Below, piece by piece: positions 32,190 through 40,885 of a DNA stretch of 54,597 bases. The notes under the pieces were generated by a model. That model was not told where the DNA came from, made no database searches, and was given only the letters and a program-made list of their open reading frames with translations. Origin of the DNA: Pseudomonadota bacterium (GTDB lineage Bacteria; Pseudomonadota; Alphaproteobacteria; SP197). How positions within the stretch are numbered: the stretch's first letter is position 1; each line of letters starts with the position of its first letter. The stretch lies in assembly GCA_027592745.1 (NCBI GenBank), contig JAQCLG010000002.1:1-54597 (forward strand), read 5' to 3'. Made by a program: the position numbers and the translations under genes.

Positions 32190-32897
32190 TCAGTCGGCTC
32201 CCGTGCCGGTCCGACGACCGTCCGGGCGAAGCCCGAGTTGGTGGTCGATGTAGTCGTGGCAGATCACCACGGCCTTCTGCCTCGTCGTCGAGCCCGCCCC
32301 GATCGCAAGTTCGAGCCAGAGTCCGTCGATCAGCGCGATCAGACCGGTGGCCGCGCCTTCGGTATCGATGGCAATCCCGAGCTTTTCCGCCGTCGCGCGG
32401 AACTGCGCGAGCGAACGGTTGCGGTAGCCGACGTAGAGCTGCCGGTTGGCCTCGCGCACCACTTCGTTGAAGCGGATTTCGTGCCAGAGCGCCAGGAATG
32501 CCGAGCTGCTCGTTTCGGTGAAGACCTGCGGTGAAAACATCGCCCTGGGCACGGCCTTCAGGCGCGCCAGGGGTTCCTCGCCCGCGCGGGCGACCTGCCG
32601 GGCGATCTCGGCGGCGACGGCGGTAAAGAGGTGGTCGAGCGCGGCGACCAGCAGTTCGTCCTTGCTGGCATAGTAATGCCCGATCAGCCCGTGGCTGGTT
32701 CCGGCTGCGGTGGTGATCGCACGCACCGTGGCCCCTGCCACGCCCTTCTCGGCCAGCAGGGCGATGGTCGCCTCCATCAGGCGCTGGCGCCGGAACTCGT
32801 TGATCTCGGGTTGGGTGCCCGGCCGTCCGCGTGTCTTCGTCGTCAAAGCAGCCTCCTGACAGGCGCCCAGTGTAGACCACCGGAGCGTTCGAGACAT
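32190..32897 (-). CDS. TetR-family transcriptional regulator (BetI-like)
   Basis: ORF 32190..33044. The start is uncertain, with candidates at 32912, 32897 and an internal TTG. The HTH region is RRQRLMEATIALLAEKGVAGATVRAITTAAGTSHGLIGHYYASKDELL. Confidence 0.75.
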   Translation of the reverse strand: MSRTLRWSTLGACQEAALTTKTRGRPGTQPEINEFRRQRLMEATIALLAEKGVAGATVRAITTAAGTSHGLIGHYYASKDELLVAALDHLFTAVAAEIARQVARAGEEPLARLKAVPRAMFSPQVFTETSSSAFLALWHEIRFNEVVREANRQLYVGYRNRSLAQFRATAEKLGIAIDTEGAATGLIALIDGLWLELAIGAGSTTRQKAVVICHDYIDHQLGLRPDGRRTGTGAD

Positions 32898-32964
32898 CCG
32901 GGAACTGGACATTTGTCCAGCTTCTTGCCACGCTGCGTTCTCATACCAAAGCAGGAGCCAAGCG

Positions 32965-33798
32965 ATGGGCAATCTCAGCCGGCTGCCATCGGACACCAGC
33001 GTCGCCGCGATCAACGCCGCACTCGATGCCGACGGCGTCGTCATTGTGGAGCATTTCTACGACGCAGACTGGGTCGCCCGGTACAATGGCGAGGTCCAGC
33101 CCTTCATCGACAACCACAAGCGGACCTACACCGGGGTCGATGTCTTCGACGATTTCCTTGGCCATCACACGGTTCGCCTTCAGGGCCTTCCGGCCAAGAC
33201 CCCTGCCCTGATCGACGCGCTGATCGATCCCCGCATGCTTGCCGTCATGGATCACCTCCTGCTGCCGCTCTGCACCGACTACATCCTTTCGGCGGCCGAA
33301 CTGATCGAGATCCGCAAGAGCGAGACGGCCCAGAGCCTGCACACCGACAACAACTCCTAGCCGACGGCGATCCAGGGCATGGGGCCGCTCTGCGTCAACG
33401 CCATGATCGCGCTCACCGACTACACCGCAGACAACGGCGCCACCCTTGTGGTGCCGGGCAGCCACCTGTGGTCGAAGGGCCGCGTGCCCCAGGCCGAGGA
33501 CATCCATCCGGCCGAGATTCCGGCAGGATCGGTGGCGATCTTCAGCGGCGAGACCATCCACGCCGGCGGCACCAGCACCTCGGAACGCATCCGGCGCGGA
33601 CTTTCGGTCTCCTACTGCGCCGGCTGACTGCGCCCGGTGGAGAACTGCTACCTCAACCTGACGGTCGACCAGGTCGCCGCCATGCCCGAGCGCGCCCAGG
33701 AACTGCTGGGCTTCGACGTCTATGACGTTACCGGTCGCGGCAACGGCGTGCTGGGTTACTACGAGATGGGCAACCCGAAGGACCTGTTCAGGACCTGA
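32965..33798 (+). pseudogene. PhyH-family Fe(II)/2-oxoglutarate dioxygenase with two in-frame stops
   Basis: Three same-frame segments read ...QSLHTDNNS*PTAIQGMGPL...ETIHAGG...SYCAG*LRPVENCYLNL...DLFRT. The first stop is TAG at 33358..33360 and the second is TGA at 33625..33627. The HxD...H iron ligands are visible. The joined length of 278 codons is normal for the family. Confidence 0.8.
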
Positions 33799-34550
33799 GA
33801 GGCTGCCGCCAGCCCGACGTTGGCGACGCGGCGGCTCTCGTCGTCCATCAGCGGCGCGACGATGCGGGCGGTCTCGCCGTAAAGCGCCAGTGCCGCTCTG
33901 CCCCGCTCCATGGGCGGCACCGCCTCGTGGCCCGCCGCAACGCGAAAGGCCGCCTGCCAGTCCCACTCCCCAGCCATGAGACCCAGAGCGATGGACAGCA
34001 GGCGGTTTTCGGAATCGATGAATCCCCGCCGGTGGACCACCATGGCCTCGGCGAGGCCGAGAACCATGCCCATGACGCCATAGAGGACCTGTGCCTCGCG
34101 TTCCGCGGCGATGCCGGATGCGATCTTCAGGGCCTCCTCGGCATGCTGGGCCGTTTCCGATGCGACATGGCGATCCGCCTCCTGTGCGATCCCCGCCCAC
34201 GCGAAGTTCTGCGCCTGGTTGATCAGCCGCGCGGCACTGCCGCCGGGATCGTGGAGCACCACCGCATTGCGCAGTCCCGGCACCTGCCAGACCGCCTTGC
34301 CCGGAACACCCATGGCCACCGCCAAACGGGCGGGCTGCATGGTCTTAACCGTGACCAGCCTGCCTGCCGCATCGACGTGGCACTCGAGGCGGCCATGGTC
34401 GTTGGGCGCGGCGACATGACGGTTGAGGTCGATGTCACTCAGCGGCCCCGCATCGCCGCGCGCATGGCTGCCGAGCAGAAGCAGCGACAGCGTGCGACCA
34501 TCGACATAGCGCGCGACGAGGTCGTCGCGATCGATCGCCGGAAGCGGCAC
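33759..34550 (-). CDS. nucleotidyltransferase-domain protein (Pol-beta superfamily)
   Basis: 263 aa with the motif GSHARGDAGPLSDIDL (GS...D.D) near the N-terminus. The 3' end overlaps the PhyH pseudogene 3' end by about 40 bp. Confidence 0.6.
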   Translation of the reverse strand: MPLPAIDRDDLVARYVDGRTLSLLLLGSHARGDAGPLSDIDLNRHVAAPNDHGRLECHVDAAGRLVTVKTMQPARLAVAMGVPGKAVWQVPGLRNAVVLHDPGGSAARLINQAQNFAWAGIAQEADRHVASETAQHAEEALKIASGIAAEREAQVLYGVMGMVLGLAEAMVVHRRGFIDSENRLLSIALGLMAGEWDWQAAFRVAAGHEAVPPMERGRAALALYGETARIVAPLMDDESRRVANVGLAAASQVLNRSFGLPIS

Positions 34551-34553
34551 GTC

Positions 34554-35312
34554 CTACTGCGCCGCCTCGGCGCGCAGGGCGGCGCGCAGTTCGCCGCCGA
34601 CCTGTTCGGTGCCCAGTACCGTGCCGAGCGCGCCGCGGAACGCGCCGCGCGCGTAACTTCCCGCCACGGCACGGCAGTCCTTCATCCAGGTGAGTTCGTT
34701 GCCACCGGGACCGTCGAGGATCCCCGCGGCAGCCTCGCCCATTTCCACCGTCATGGTGGACGTCGCAGCCGTGTCGCGCGCGATGACGCGGGTCAACAGG
34801 GCCTCGCTCGACTCCGCGCTGGGGAAAGTCTGCAGCAACAGGTGCGGGTAGCGCGGGACCGCCGGAGCCGCCACCCGGGCGGTCTCGCCGGTGATGACGG
34901 AGACCTCGATCACGGCATCCTTGCGCTTCATCGAGGCGGTCACGGCCCTGCCCGTGCGCTGGACATGCGAGCGGGCGTATTTCTTCGGGTAGCCGAAGGG
35001 TTCGCGGCCGAGCGCCAGGGCATCGTCGGTATCGATGTAGCAGAAGGCGTAGTAACCCCCGAGCGTGTCGCCGTAGCGCGCCGGCACGATCACGCCGCCG
35101 CCGCAGAACGGCTCGACGCCCCAGGCGCTGCGCAGGGCGATGACCTCAATCCAGGCATGGGCCGAGACGAAGGAGAACGGCGTCGCCGCGAGCAGCCCGC
35201 GCACGGCCGCCTCGTCGACCTCGACCAGCACGCTGATGCCTTCGGCATCCTCGCTGCCGTAGGCCATCGAAGGCGGAAACAGCGGGTTGTGCACGGGAAT
35301 GTTGTTGGTCAC
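34554..35312 (-). CDS. acetoacetate decarboxylase (ADC) family protein
   Basis: ORF 34554..35420. The start is placed at GTG 35312 (VTNNIPVHNPLFPPSMAYG), preceded by GAGGAG. The string GREPFGYPKK is typical of the ADC family. Confidence 0.6.
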   Translation of the reverse strand: MTNNIPVHNPLFPPSMAYGSEDAEGISVLVEVDEAAVRGLLAATPFSFVSAHAWIEVIALRSAWGVEPFCGGGVIVPARYGDTLGGYYAFCYIDTDDALALGREPFGYPKKYARSHVQRTGRAVTASMKRKDAVIEVSVITGETARVAAPAVPRYPHLLLQTFPSAESSEALLTRVIARDTAATSTMTVEMGEAAAGILDGPGGNELTWMKDCRAVAGSYARGAFRGALGTVLGTEQVGGELRAALRAEAAQ

Positions 35313-35325
35313 GGTCCGGCTCTCC

Positions 35326-36291
35326 TCAGACGACGGCGCGGCGCTCCTCGCGCGGGGTGCGCCCGAAGTACTCGCGGTAGCGCCGGCTGAAATGAGAGGC
35401 CGACACGAATCCCGCGGCAAGCGCGATCGAAAGGATCGAGGCCGAACCCTGCATCAGCATCAGGCGTGCGTGGTGCAGGCGCAGTTCGCGGTAGTAGCGC
35501 GACGGCGTGCGCCCCAGGTGTTTCTTGAACAGCCGCTCGAGCTGGCGCGTCGAGAGCCCGACAGCATCGGCGATGTCGGGCAGCGGCAGCGGCTCCTCGA
35601 GATTGGCCTCCATCTCGGCGATGGCCGAGAGCAGCTTGGGATCGCTCACCCCGACGCGGCTCTGCAGCGCCATGCGCTGGTGGTCGTGGGCCTCGCGGAT
35701 GCGCTCGTGGATGAACTGCTCGGAGACCTTGCCGGCAAGTTCGGCGCCATGTTCCAGGGTGATCATGTGGAGGGTCAGGTCGAGCGCCGCGGTGCCGCCC
35801 GAGCAGGTTATGCGGTTGCGGTCGATCTCGAAGATGTCGTCGGTCACCTCAAGTTCGGGGTGCTCGTCGGCGAAACTCTCCATGTCCTCCCAGTGGATCG
35901 TGCAGCGGTAGCCGTTGAGCAGACCGGCACGCGCCAGGAGATGGCTTCCCGTGCACAGCGCACCGACGATCCCGCCCTGGCGCGCGATGCGCCGCAGCCA
36001 GGCCATGACGGTGCGGTCCTCGTAGCGATGGGCATCGATCCCGCCGCAGACGAACAGCGCCTCGCAGGTCTCGGTCTCGGCAATGGAGGCGTCGGCGAGC
36101 ACAAAGAGCCGATTGCTGGCCTGCACCGGATTGCCGTCCTTGGAGACCACCCGCCAGTCGTAGAGCTGGCTGCCGCTCATGCGGTTGGCCGAGCGCAGGG
36201 GCTCGACGGCGGCGGTGAACGCCATCATCGAGAAGTTGGGGACGAGGTAGTAGGTGAAGACCCTTGGCTGCGCCATGGCCCTGCCCGGCAA
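35326..36291 (-). CDS. GlxA-family regulator (DJ-1/PfpI-like domain plus AraC HTH; GbdR/CdhR/SouR-like)
   Basis: 321 aa. The N-terminal amidotransferase-like domain has LCTGSHLLARAGLL. The C-terminal AraC HTH has LSTRQLERLFKK...GFVSASHFSRRYREYFG. Confidence 0.85.
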   Translation of the reverse strand: MPGRAMAQPRVFTYYLVPNFSMMAFTAAVEPLRSANRMSGSQLYDWRVVSKDGNPVQASNRLFVLADASIAETETCEALFVCGGIDAHRYEDRTVMAWLRRIARQGGIVGALCTGSHLLARAGLLNGYRCTIHWEDMESFADEHPELEVTDDIFEIDRNRITCSGGTAALDLTLHMITLEHGAELAGKVSEQFIHERIREAHDHQRMALQSRVGVSDPKLLSAIAEMEANLEEPLPLPDIADAVGLSTRQLERLFKKHLGRTPSRYYRELRLHHARLMLMQGSASILSIALAAGFVSASHFSRRYREYFGRTPREERRAVV

Positions 36292-36333
36292 GAGGTCGAT
36301 TGCGACGTCAAGATGTCGTAAACCGGCAAAAAG

Positions 36334-37128
36334 TCAATCGGACACCGGTGAAGCCATCAGTTCCCGGGTTGCTGGGTTGTCGGGTGCGACTTCGACATTG
36401 TCGAAGCTCATCAAACCAATCAGGCGCGGCGGTTCACCCTCGATCGGCGTGACGCAATGAAGCGCGTTGCGGCCGCGAAACAACAGCAGGTCCCCGGCGT
36501 CCGGGTCGACCCAGCGGGCGGCGAAGGTATCGCCTGCAAGTACCGCGGCGATGGCGTCCTCGGCTGGATCGCCGGGCGAGCGTATGTCGGGAATCCAGCC
36601 GAACCGACCGCCACCGGCGGCCCTGCGGAAAAGCACGGACGCGACCGTCTCGTTGGCGTCGAAATGCCAGCCCAGTTCCTCGCCCGCCCTCATCACCGTA
36701 ATGTTGAGCGAACCCCGCGGTTCGCTGTAGCGCCAGACCGGTGCGCCGGGCGTCACCGCCCGCATGAAGGCGAGCATGGCCTCGCCCTCGTAGAGCGCCC
36801 TAAAGGGCGAGGCTGGGGGAATGTCCTCGCGCGCGACGTAACCGACGGCAAAGGTCACCGCGCTAGCCCTGGGGTGACCGTCGGGGTAGCTCGGGTCCGG
36901 CTTGCGGTAGTAGGGCGTGAAGCGGTTGTTGCTGTGGCGCGCCAGCGGTGCTGCCCGTTCCGCCTCCGCCAGGCATGCGGCAAGTCCGGAGGGGCGCAGG
37001 AAACCCGGCAGGTGCGCGCCGCTGTCCCGTGCCATCTGCGCACGGACACTCTCGACCAGCGCCATGCCGGCGGGAGAGTCCAGGCGATCGAGCGGGTAAC
37101 GCTCCAGATCGACAATCGAAAGCTCCAT
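36334..37128 (-). CDS. putative Fe(II)/2-oxoglutarate-dependent oxygenase
   Basis: ORF 36334..37263. The start is placed at MELSIVDLERYPL (37128), 1 nt after the channel gene stop. A candidate facial triad is WHFD...LHCV, with RLIGLMSF downstream. The family assignment is tentative. Confidence 0.4.
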   Translation of the reverse strand: MELSIVDLERYPLDRLDSPAGMALVESVRAQMARDSGAHLPGFLRPSGLAACLAEAERAAPLARHSNNRFTPYYRKPDPSYPDGHPRASAVTFAVGYVAREDIPPASPFRALYEGEAMLAFMRAVTPGAPVWRYSEPRGSLNITVMRAGEELGWHFDANETVASVLFRRAAGGGRFGWIPDIRSPGDPAEDAIAAVLAGDTFAARWVDPDAGDLLLFRGRNALHCVTPIEGEPPRLIGLMSFDNVEVAPDNPATRELMASPVSD

Positions 37129-37129
37129 G

Positions 37130-39460
37130 TCAGGTCCTCTCGCCCTCGCCCGGCGGCGCCAGGGCTTCCGTCGGAGGCGGACTGGATCCCGCGGCGGCCT
37201 CCTGCGCCGAGGAACTGTCGTCACCGTCTCCCTTGCCGATGGTTTCGGCATCGATGCGTACATGGGCGACGGGCGGCAGGCCCTCGCCCTTCATCTCGCC
37301 GAACCAGACGGTCATGTGGGGGAACGGAATCTCGATGCCGACCTCATCGAAGCGCAGCTTGATGCGGCGCAGGTACTCGCGGCGCACACCCCACTGGAAA
37401 CCGGCCACGGTCTTGACCCGGACGCGCAGCGTGACGGCCGAATCGCCCAGTTCGGTGACGCCCATGATCTCGAGATCGCCGACCAGGCGCTCCGCGAATT
37501 CCTCGTCCTCGCGCGCCCTGGCATCGACCTCGCGGATCACCTCCAGGACCTCGTCGGTGTTTTCCTTGTAGGCGACGCCGACGTCGATCACGGCATAGCC
37601 GAAATCGCGCATCATGTTGGTGAGCGCCGTGATCTCGCCGAAGGGCACGGTATGGACGTAGCCATCGATGTCGCGCAGCCGCACGGTGCGGATCGAGATG
37701 CTCTCGACCCCGCCCGTCTTGCCGCCGGCGACGATCTGGTCGCCGACCGAGAACTGGTCCTCGAAGAGCATGAAGGCGCCGGTGATGATGTCCTTGACCA
37801 GCGTCTGCGCGCCAAAGCCCACCGCGATGCCCACAATGCCCGCGCCGGCCAGCAGGGGCCCGATGTTCACCCCCATTTCCGAGAGGATCGTGGCCACGGC
37901 TATTGCGGCCACCGTCACCATCAGGACGTTGCGGAACAGCGGCAGCAGCGCCTTCATGCGCGGCGTCAGGGTGTGCGTCGACTGGTCGGTGAGGGCGCGT
38001 GCGATCATGCCGTCGCCCAGTTCCCAGACGATCACCGCGACCGTCGCGATCACCGCGACCGTCGCGATCACGCGGGCAACGACTTCGACACCATGCGGCG
38101 TGACGAACAGATCGAAGACGCCGACGCCCCAGGCCTCCAGCAGGGCGAGCGCCACCAGCCACCAGATCACCGCATTGAGCGCCCAGCTCAGGATCGCGAC
38201 GTAACGGTTCGAGCGGCGGTCCAGCCCGGGGAAACGCCGGCTCATATCCGTTGAGATGCGGAACAGCCGTTGAAGCAGCCGGCGCAGCAGGGTCGACGCC
38301 AGCAGCCCGACAAACAGGGCCACGCCCGTGCCGCCGAAACCTCGCATCAGGTAGACGAAACCGCCATGGACATCGAGCATCCACACGGCAAAGACGATGA
38401 AGACCGCGACGCAGGCCAGGACATGCCAGATATCGGCGAGGCGCTGGCGCAACACCCGGCCGGCGCCCGATTCCGGGTGATGCCGGATCCAGTCCGCAAC
38501 GACATCGCGCGACTGCAGGATGACGATCATCAGCATCGCCGCAACCGCGAACCCGACCAGGCGGATCAGCAGGGCTGCACTGGAGTCGGGCAGCCCGAAG
38601 GCGCTGAGCAGGTCGACCGCAAAGAACCCGTAGACGCCTATAGCCGCAAGCCGGCCGGTCCAGATGAAGAGATAGGCCGCCTGCTCGTCGCTCATCGGCA
38701 GGGGTCGCAGCGCCGCGGCCAGGGGCGAGAAGAGGCAGCGCGAAACGAGATTGACCAGGCGCACGGCGATCGTGGCATTGATCAGCGTGACGGCGACGAT
38801 CCGTGCCAGGCTGTTGGGGTCGATGAACATCAGGGCGACGTAACCGACCGTCGCAAATCCGGCGATCGGCACCAGCAGCAGCAGCGCCCGCCCCAGTGCG
38901 ACCAGGACCCGCTCTGCCCAGCCCATGCCCCGGCGCGCCTCCAGCCTGGCCAACTGCCGCCAGGTCAGGTGCCGCAGGATGAAGGCGAGCCCGACGGCCA
39001 GGACCAGGGTTCCCGTGACCTGCCAGAGCGCCTCGACCCAGCTGCGGCGCAGCATGGGCGTTTCGATCTGGACCTCGAACCAGTCGATCAGCCCGGAACC
39101 GTCGTCGAGTTCGGCGATCAGTTCCTCCACCGCGACATCGACATTGGCGAGCCGGTCGGCGATGCGGCTGACCAGGCTGGGTGCGGCCTCGGCCTCCTCC
39201 GCGCCCGCCAGCTCCTCCTGTGCCGCGACCAGCGCCTTGAGGTCCTCGAGAAACGCCTGGCGGCTCGCTTCATCCTCCAGGGTGGCAATCAGCTCCTCAA
39301 GCCCGCCCACGGTGATGACCGATGCAGATTCGCCACCCTGTGCGGCTGCGCCGCCTGCCTGGTCCTGCTGGGCCGTTGCCGGCACGGCCAGGAGCAGCAG
39401 CGCCAGGCACAGGGGCACCAGGCGCACGAGAGGGGGCAGCGGGAAACCAGGACATCTCAT
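37130..39460 (-). CDS. mechanosensitive ion channel, large MscK/KefA-like MscS-family protein
   Basis: ORF 37130..39511. The start is placed at MRCPGFPLPP..., which has a signal-like N-terminus. It has multiple TM segments. The conserved MscS core is GIVGIAVGFGAQTLVKDIITGAFMLFEDQFSVGD. Confidence 0.8.
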   Translation of the reverse strand: MRCPGFPLPPLVRLVPLCLALLLLAVPATAQQDQAGGAAAQGGESASVITVGGLEELIATLEDEASRQAFLEDLKALVAAQEELAGAEEAEAAPSLVSRIADRLANVDVAVEELIAELDDGSGLIDWFEVQIETPMLRRSWVEALWQVTGTLVLAVGLAFILRHLTWRQLARLEARRGMGWAERVLVALGRALLLLVPIAGFATVGYVALMFIDPNSLARIVAVTLINATIAVRLVNLVSRCLFSPLAAALRPLPMSDEQAAYLFIWTGRLAAIGVYGFFAVDLLSAFGLPDSSAALLIRLVGFAVAAMLMIVILQSRDVVADWIRHHPESGAGRVLRQRLADIWHVLACVAVFIVFAVWMLDVHGGFVYLMRGFGGTGVALFVGLLASTLLRRLLQRLFRISTDMSRRFPGLDRRSNRYVAILSWALNAVIWWLVALALLEAWGVGVFDLFVTPHGVEVVARVIATVAVIATVAVIVWELGDGMIARALTDQSTHTLTPRMKALLPLFRNVLMVTVAAIAVATILSEMGVNIGPLLAGAGIVGIAVGFGAQTLVKDIITGAFMLFEDQFSVGDQIVAGGKTGGVESISIRTVRLRDIDGYVHTVPFGEITALTNMMRDFGYAVIDVGVAYKENTDEVLEVIREVDARAREDEEFAERLVGDLEIMGVTELGDSAVTLRVRVKTVAGFQWGVRREYLRRIKLRFDEVGIEIPFPHMTVWFGEMKGEGLPPVAHVRIDAETIGKGDGDDSSSAQEAAAGSSPPPTEALAPPGEGERT
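38031..38071. repeat. perfect 18-bp tandem duplication inside the channel gene
   Basis: ATCACCGCGACCGTCGCG occurs at 38031..38048 and again at 38049..38066, followed by a partial ATCAC. It is in-frame and encodes VIATVAVIATVAVI on the minus strand. Confidence 0.85.
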
Positions 39461-39563
39461 GAGGAATTCCACAACGTTCACTGACGGGCCTCGGGCAGGC
39501 GAACGTGCCACACCGGCTGCGCCGTGGCATCATACCATCGTCCGTTTTCTCGGGGAAACCTGC

Positions 39564-40151
39564 GTGCCGCTGCTGCACCGATGGATCCTTCGCTGCATCC
39601 TGCTGTCAGGTCTGGTCGCGTCCCAGACGGCATGGGCCGATTTCCGCGCGGCCGAACAGGCCCTGGCCATCGGCCAGTTCGACAGGGTGCACGCCGAACT
39701 TGCACCGTTGGTCCGGGCCGGCGATGCCCGCGCCCTGAACCTGCTCGGTGTGCTGTACCAGAATGGCTGGGGCCTGGCGCGCGACCCCGCCGCAGCCGCC
39801 GGCTTCTACCGGCGCGCCGCAGAACAGGGGCTGACCCGGGCAATCCACAACCTCGGCCGCATGTACCGTTCCGGACTCGGCGTGCCGCCCGATGCCGGCG
39901 AAGCAGCCCGCCTGTGGAAGATCGCCGGCCGCCAGGGCTACGTCACCTCGCAGGCAGCGCTCGGAGCGCTCTACCATGCCGGAGACGGTGTCCCCCGGGA
40001 CATGTTCCGGGCCTATTTCTGGTGGTCCCTGGCCGCCTGGCGCCTCGATCTGGAAGCGGTCCGCGCGCGCGAGGACATCATCTATACGCTCACTGCCCAC
40101 GAGAAGGACGTGGCAGACCGGCTGGTCCGGGAATTCGTTCCCGACCGCTGA
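39564..40151 (+). CDS. Sel1-repeat (TPR-like) secreted protein
   Basis: ORF 38925..40151. The start is placed at GTG 39564, giving a signal-like N-terminus LLHRWILRCILLSGLVASQTAWA. An alternative ATG lies at 39459. The repeats are ALNLLGVLYQNGWGLARD, AIHNLGRMYRSGLGVPPD and ALGALYHAGDGVPRD. Confidence 0.65.
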   Translation: MPLLHRWILRCILLSGLVASQTAWADFRAAEQALAIGQFDRVHAELAPLVRAGDARALNLLGVLYQNGWGLARDPAAAAGFYRRAAEQGLTRAIHNLGRMYRSGLGVPPDAGEAARLWKIAGRQGYVTSQAALGALYHAGDGVPRDMFRAYFWWSLAAWRLDLEAVRAREDIIYTLTAHEKDVADRLVREFVPDR

Positions 40152-40260
40152 GGCATCCGCCTGCCAAGAGGCCTTCACATTCGCCGGCGCTTTCTTCTAT
40201 AAACCTCGTCAGGCGGCCGGGTGGTCGCGTGGCACAGGCTCTGGAATCAGGGGGACGACC

Positions 40261-40398
40261 ATGGATCACGTGGAATCTGAATGGACGCGCTCGGACGCGC
40301 AGGAACTCGATACCTACCGCGGCTTCATGCGTGTCTCGATGATCGGGACCATCTTGATCATCGTGCTGCTGGCCCTGATGGCGCTCTTCCTGCTATAG
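40261..40398 (+). CDS. aa3-type cytochrome c oxidase subunit IV-like small membrane protein
   Basis: 45 aa: MDHVESEWTRSDAQELDTYRGFMRVSMIGTILIIVLLALMALFLL. It has a single TM helix and a GGGGGA-type RBS upstream. The family call is from memory. Confidence 0.5.
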   Translation: MDHVESEWTRSDAQELDTYRGFMRVSMIGTILIIVLLALMALFLL

Positions 40399-40429
40399 GA
40401 GCGAGCTCTTCCCCGGTTCCGACCAGACC

Positions 40430-40885
40430 CTGCCCGGGCGGATCGTCTCGGGCGGCCGGACTGGCGTCGACCGCGCGGCACTCGATGTCGCGCTGGAGCG
40501 TGGCCTGCCGTGCGGAGGCTGGTGCCCAAGGGGACGCCGTGCCGAGGACGGACCGATCGATGTGCGTTACCCGCTCGACGAGACCCCCACGCCCGACTAC
40601 CTGCAGCGCACCGACTGGAACGTGCGCGACAGCGACGGGACCCTGATCGTGGCGCACCAGCCCCTGACCGGGGGCACGGCGATCACCGAGCGTTACGCGC
40701 AACGGCGCGGCAAACCCTGCCTGGTCGTTCATCCAGACGACAGCGCTGCCGCGGAGACGACCCGGCGCTGGATCGACGCGCACGGCATCACCGTGCTCAA
40801 CGTCGCCGGCCCGCGGGAAAGTGCCGGCACCGGTTCCTATGCGGTGGCACGCCGCCTGCTCGAGGCGGTGCTAGACGGCGCTTGA
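40430..40885 (+). CDS. YpsA/SLOG-type 'molybdenum carrier'-like protein; start codon unresolved
   Basis: The track ORF starts at GTG 40562. The same frame is open from 40379 and encodes the conserved N-terminus RIVSGGRTGVDRAALDVALERGLPCGGWCPRGRRAEDGPI. Upstream of that motif only CTG (40430) or ATC (40442) are available as starts. Confidence 0.55.
   Translation: MPGRIVSGGRTGVDRAALDVALERGLPCGGWCPRGRRAEDGPIDVRYPLDETPTPDYLQRTDWNVRDSDGTLIVAHQPLTGGTAITERYAQRRGKPCLVVHPDDSAAAETTRRWIDAHGITVLNVAGPRESAGTGSYAVARRLLEAVLDGA

Noticed and set aside
33625-33627. The in-frame TGA in the PhyH gene might encode selenocysteine.
   Set aside because: The aligned residue in the family is most plausibly Trp (SYCAG-W-LRP). 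I saw no SECIS-like hairpin immediately downstream. A second stop (TAG) already breaks the same gene.
33759-33798. Convergent 3'-end overlaps: the PhyH pseudogene with the nucleotidyltransferase gene here, and the SLOG gene with the FAD oxidoreductase gene at 40871..40885.
   Set aside because: Short convergent overlaps are common in compact GC-rich genomes, and I saw no associated structure. I treat them as not functionally meaningful.
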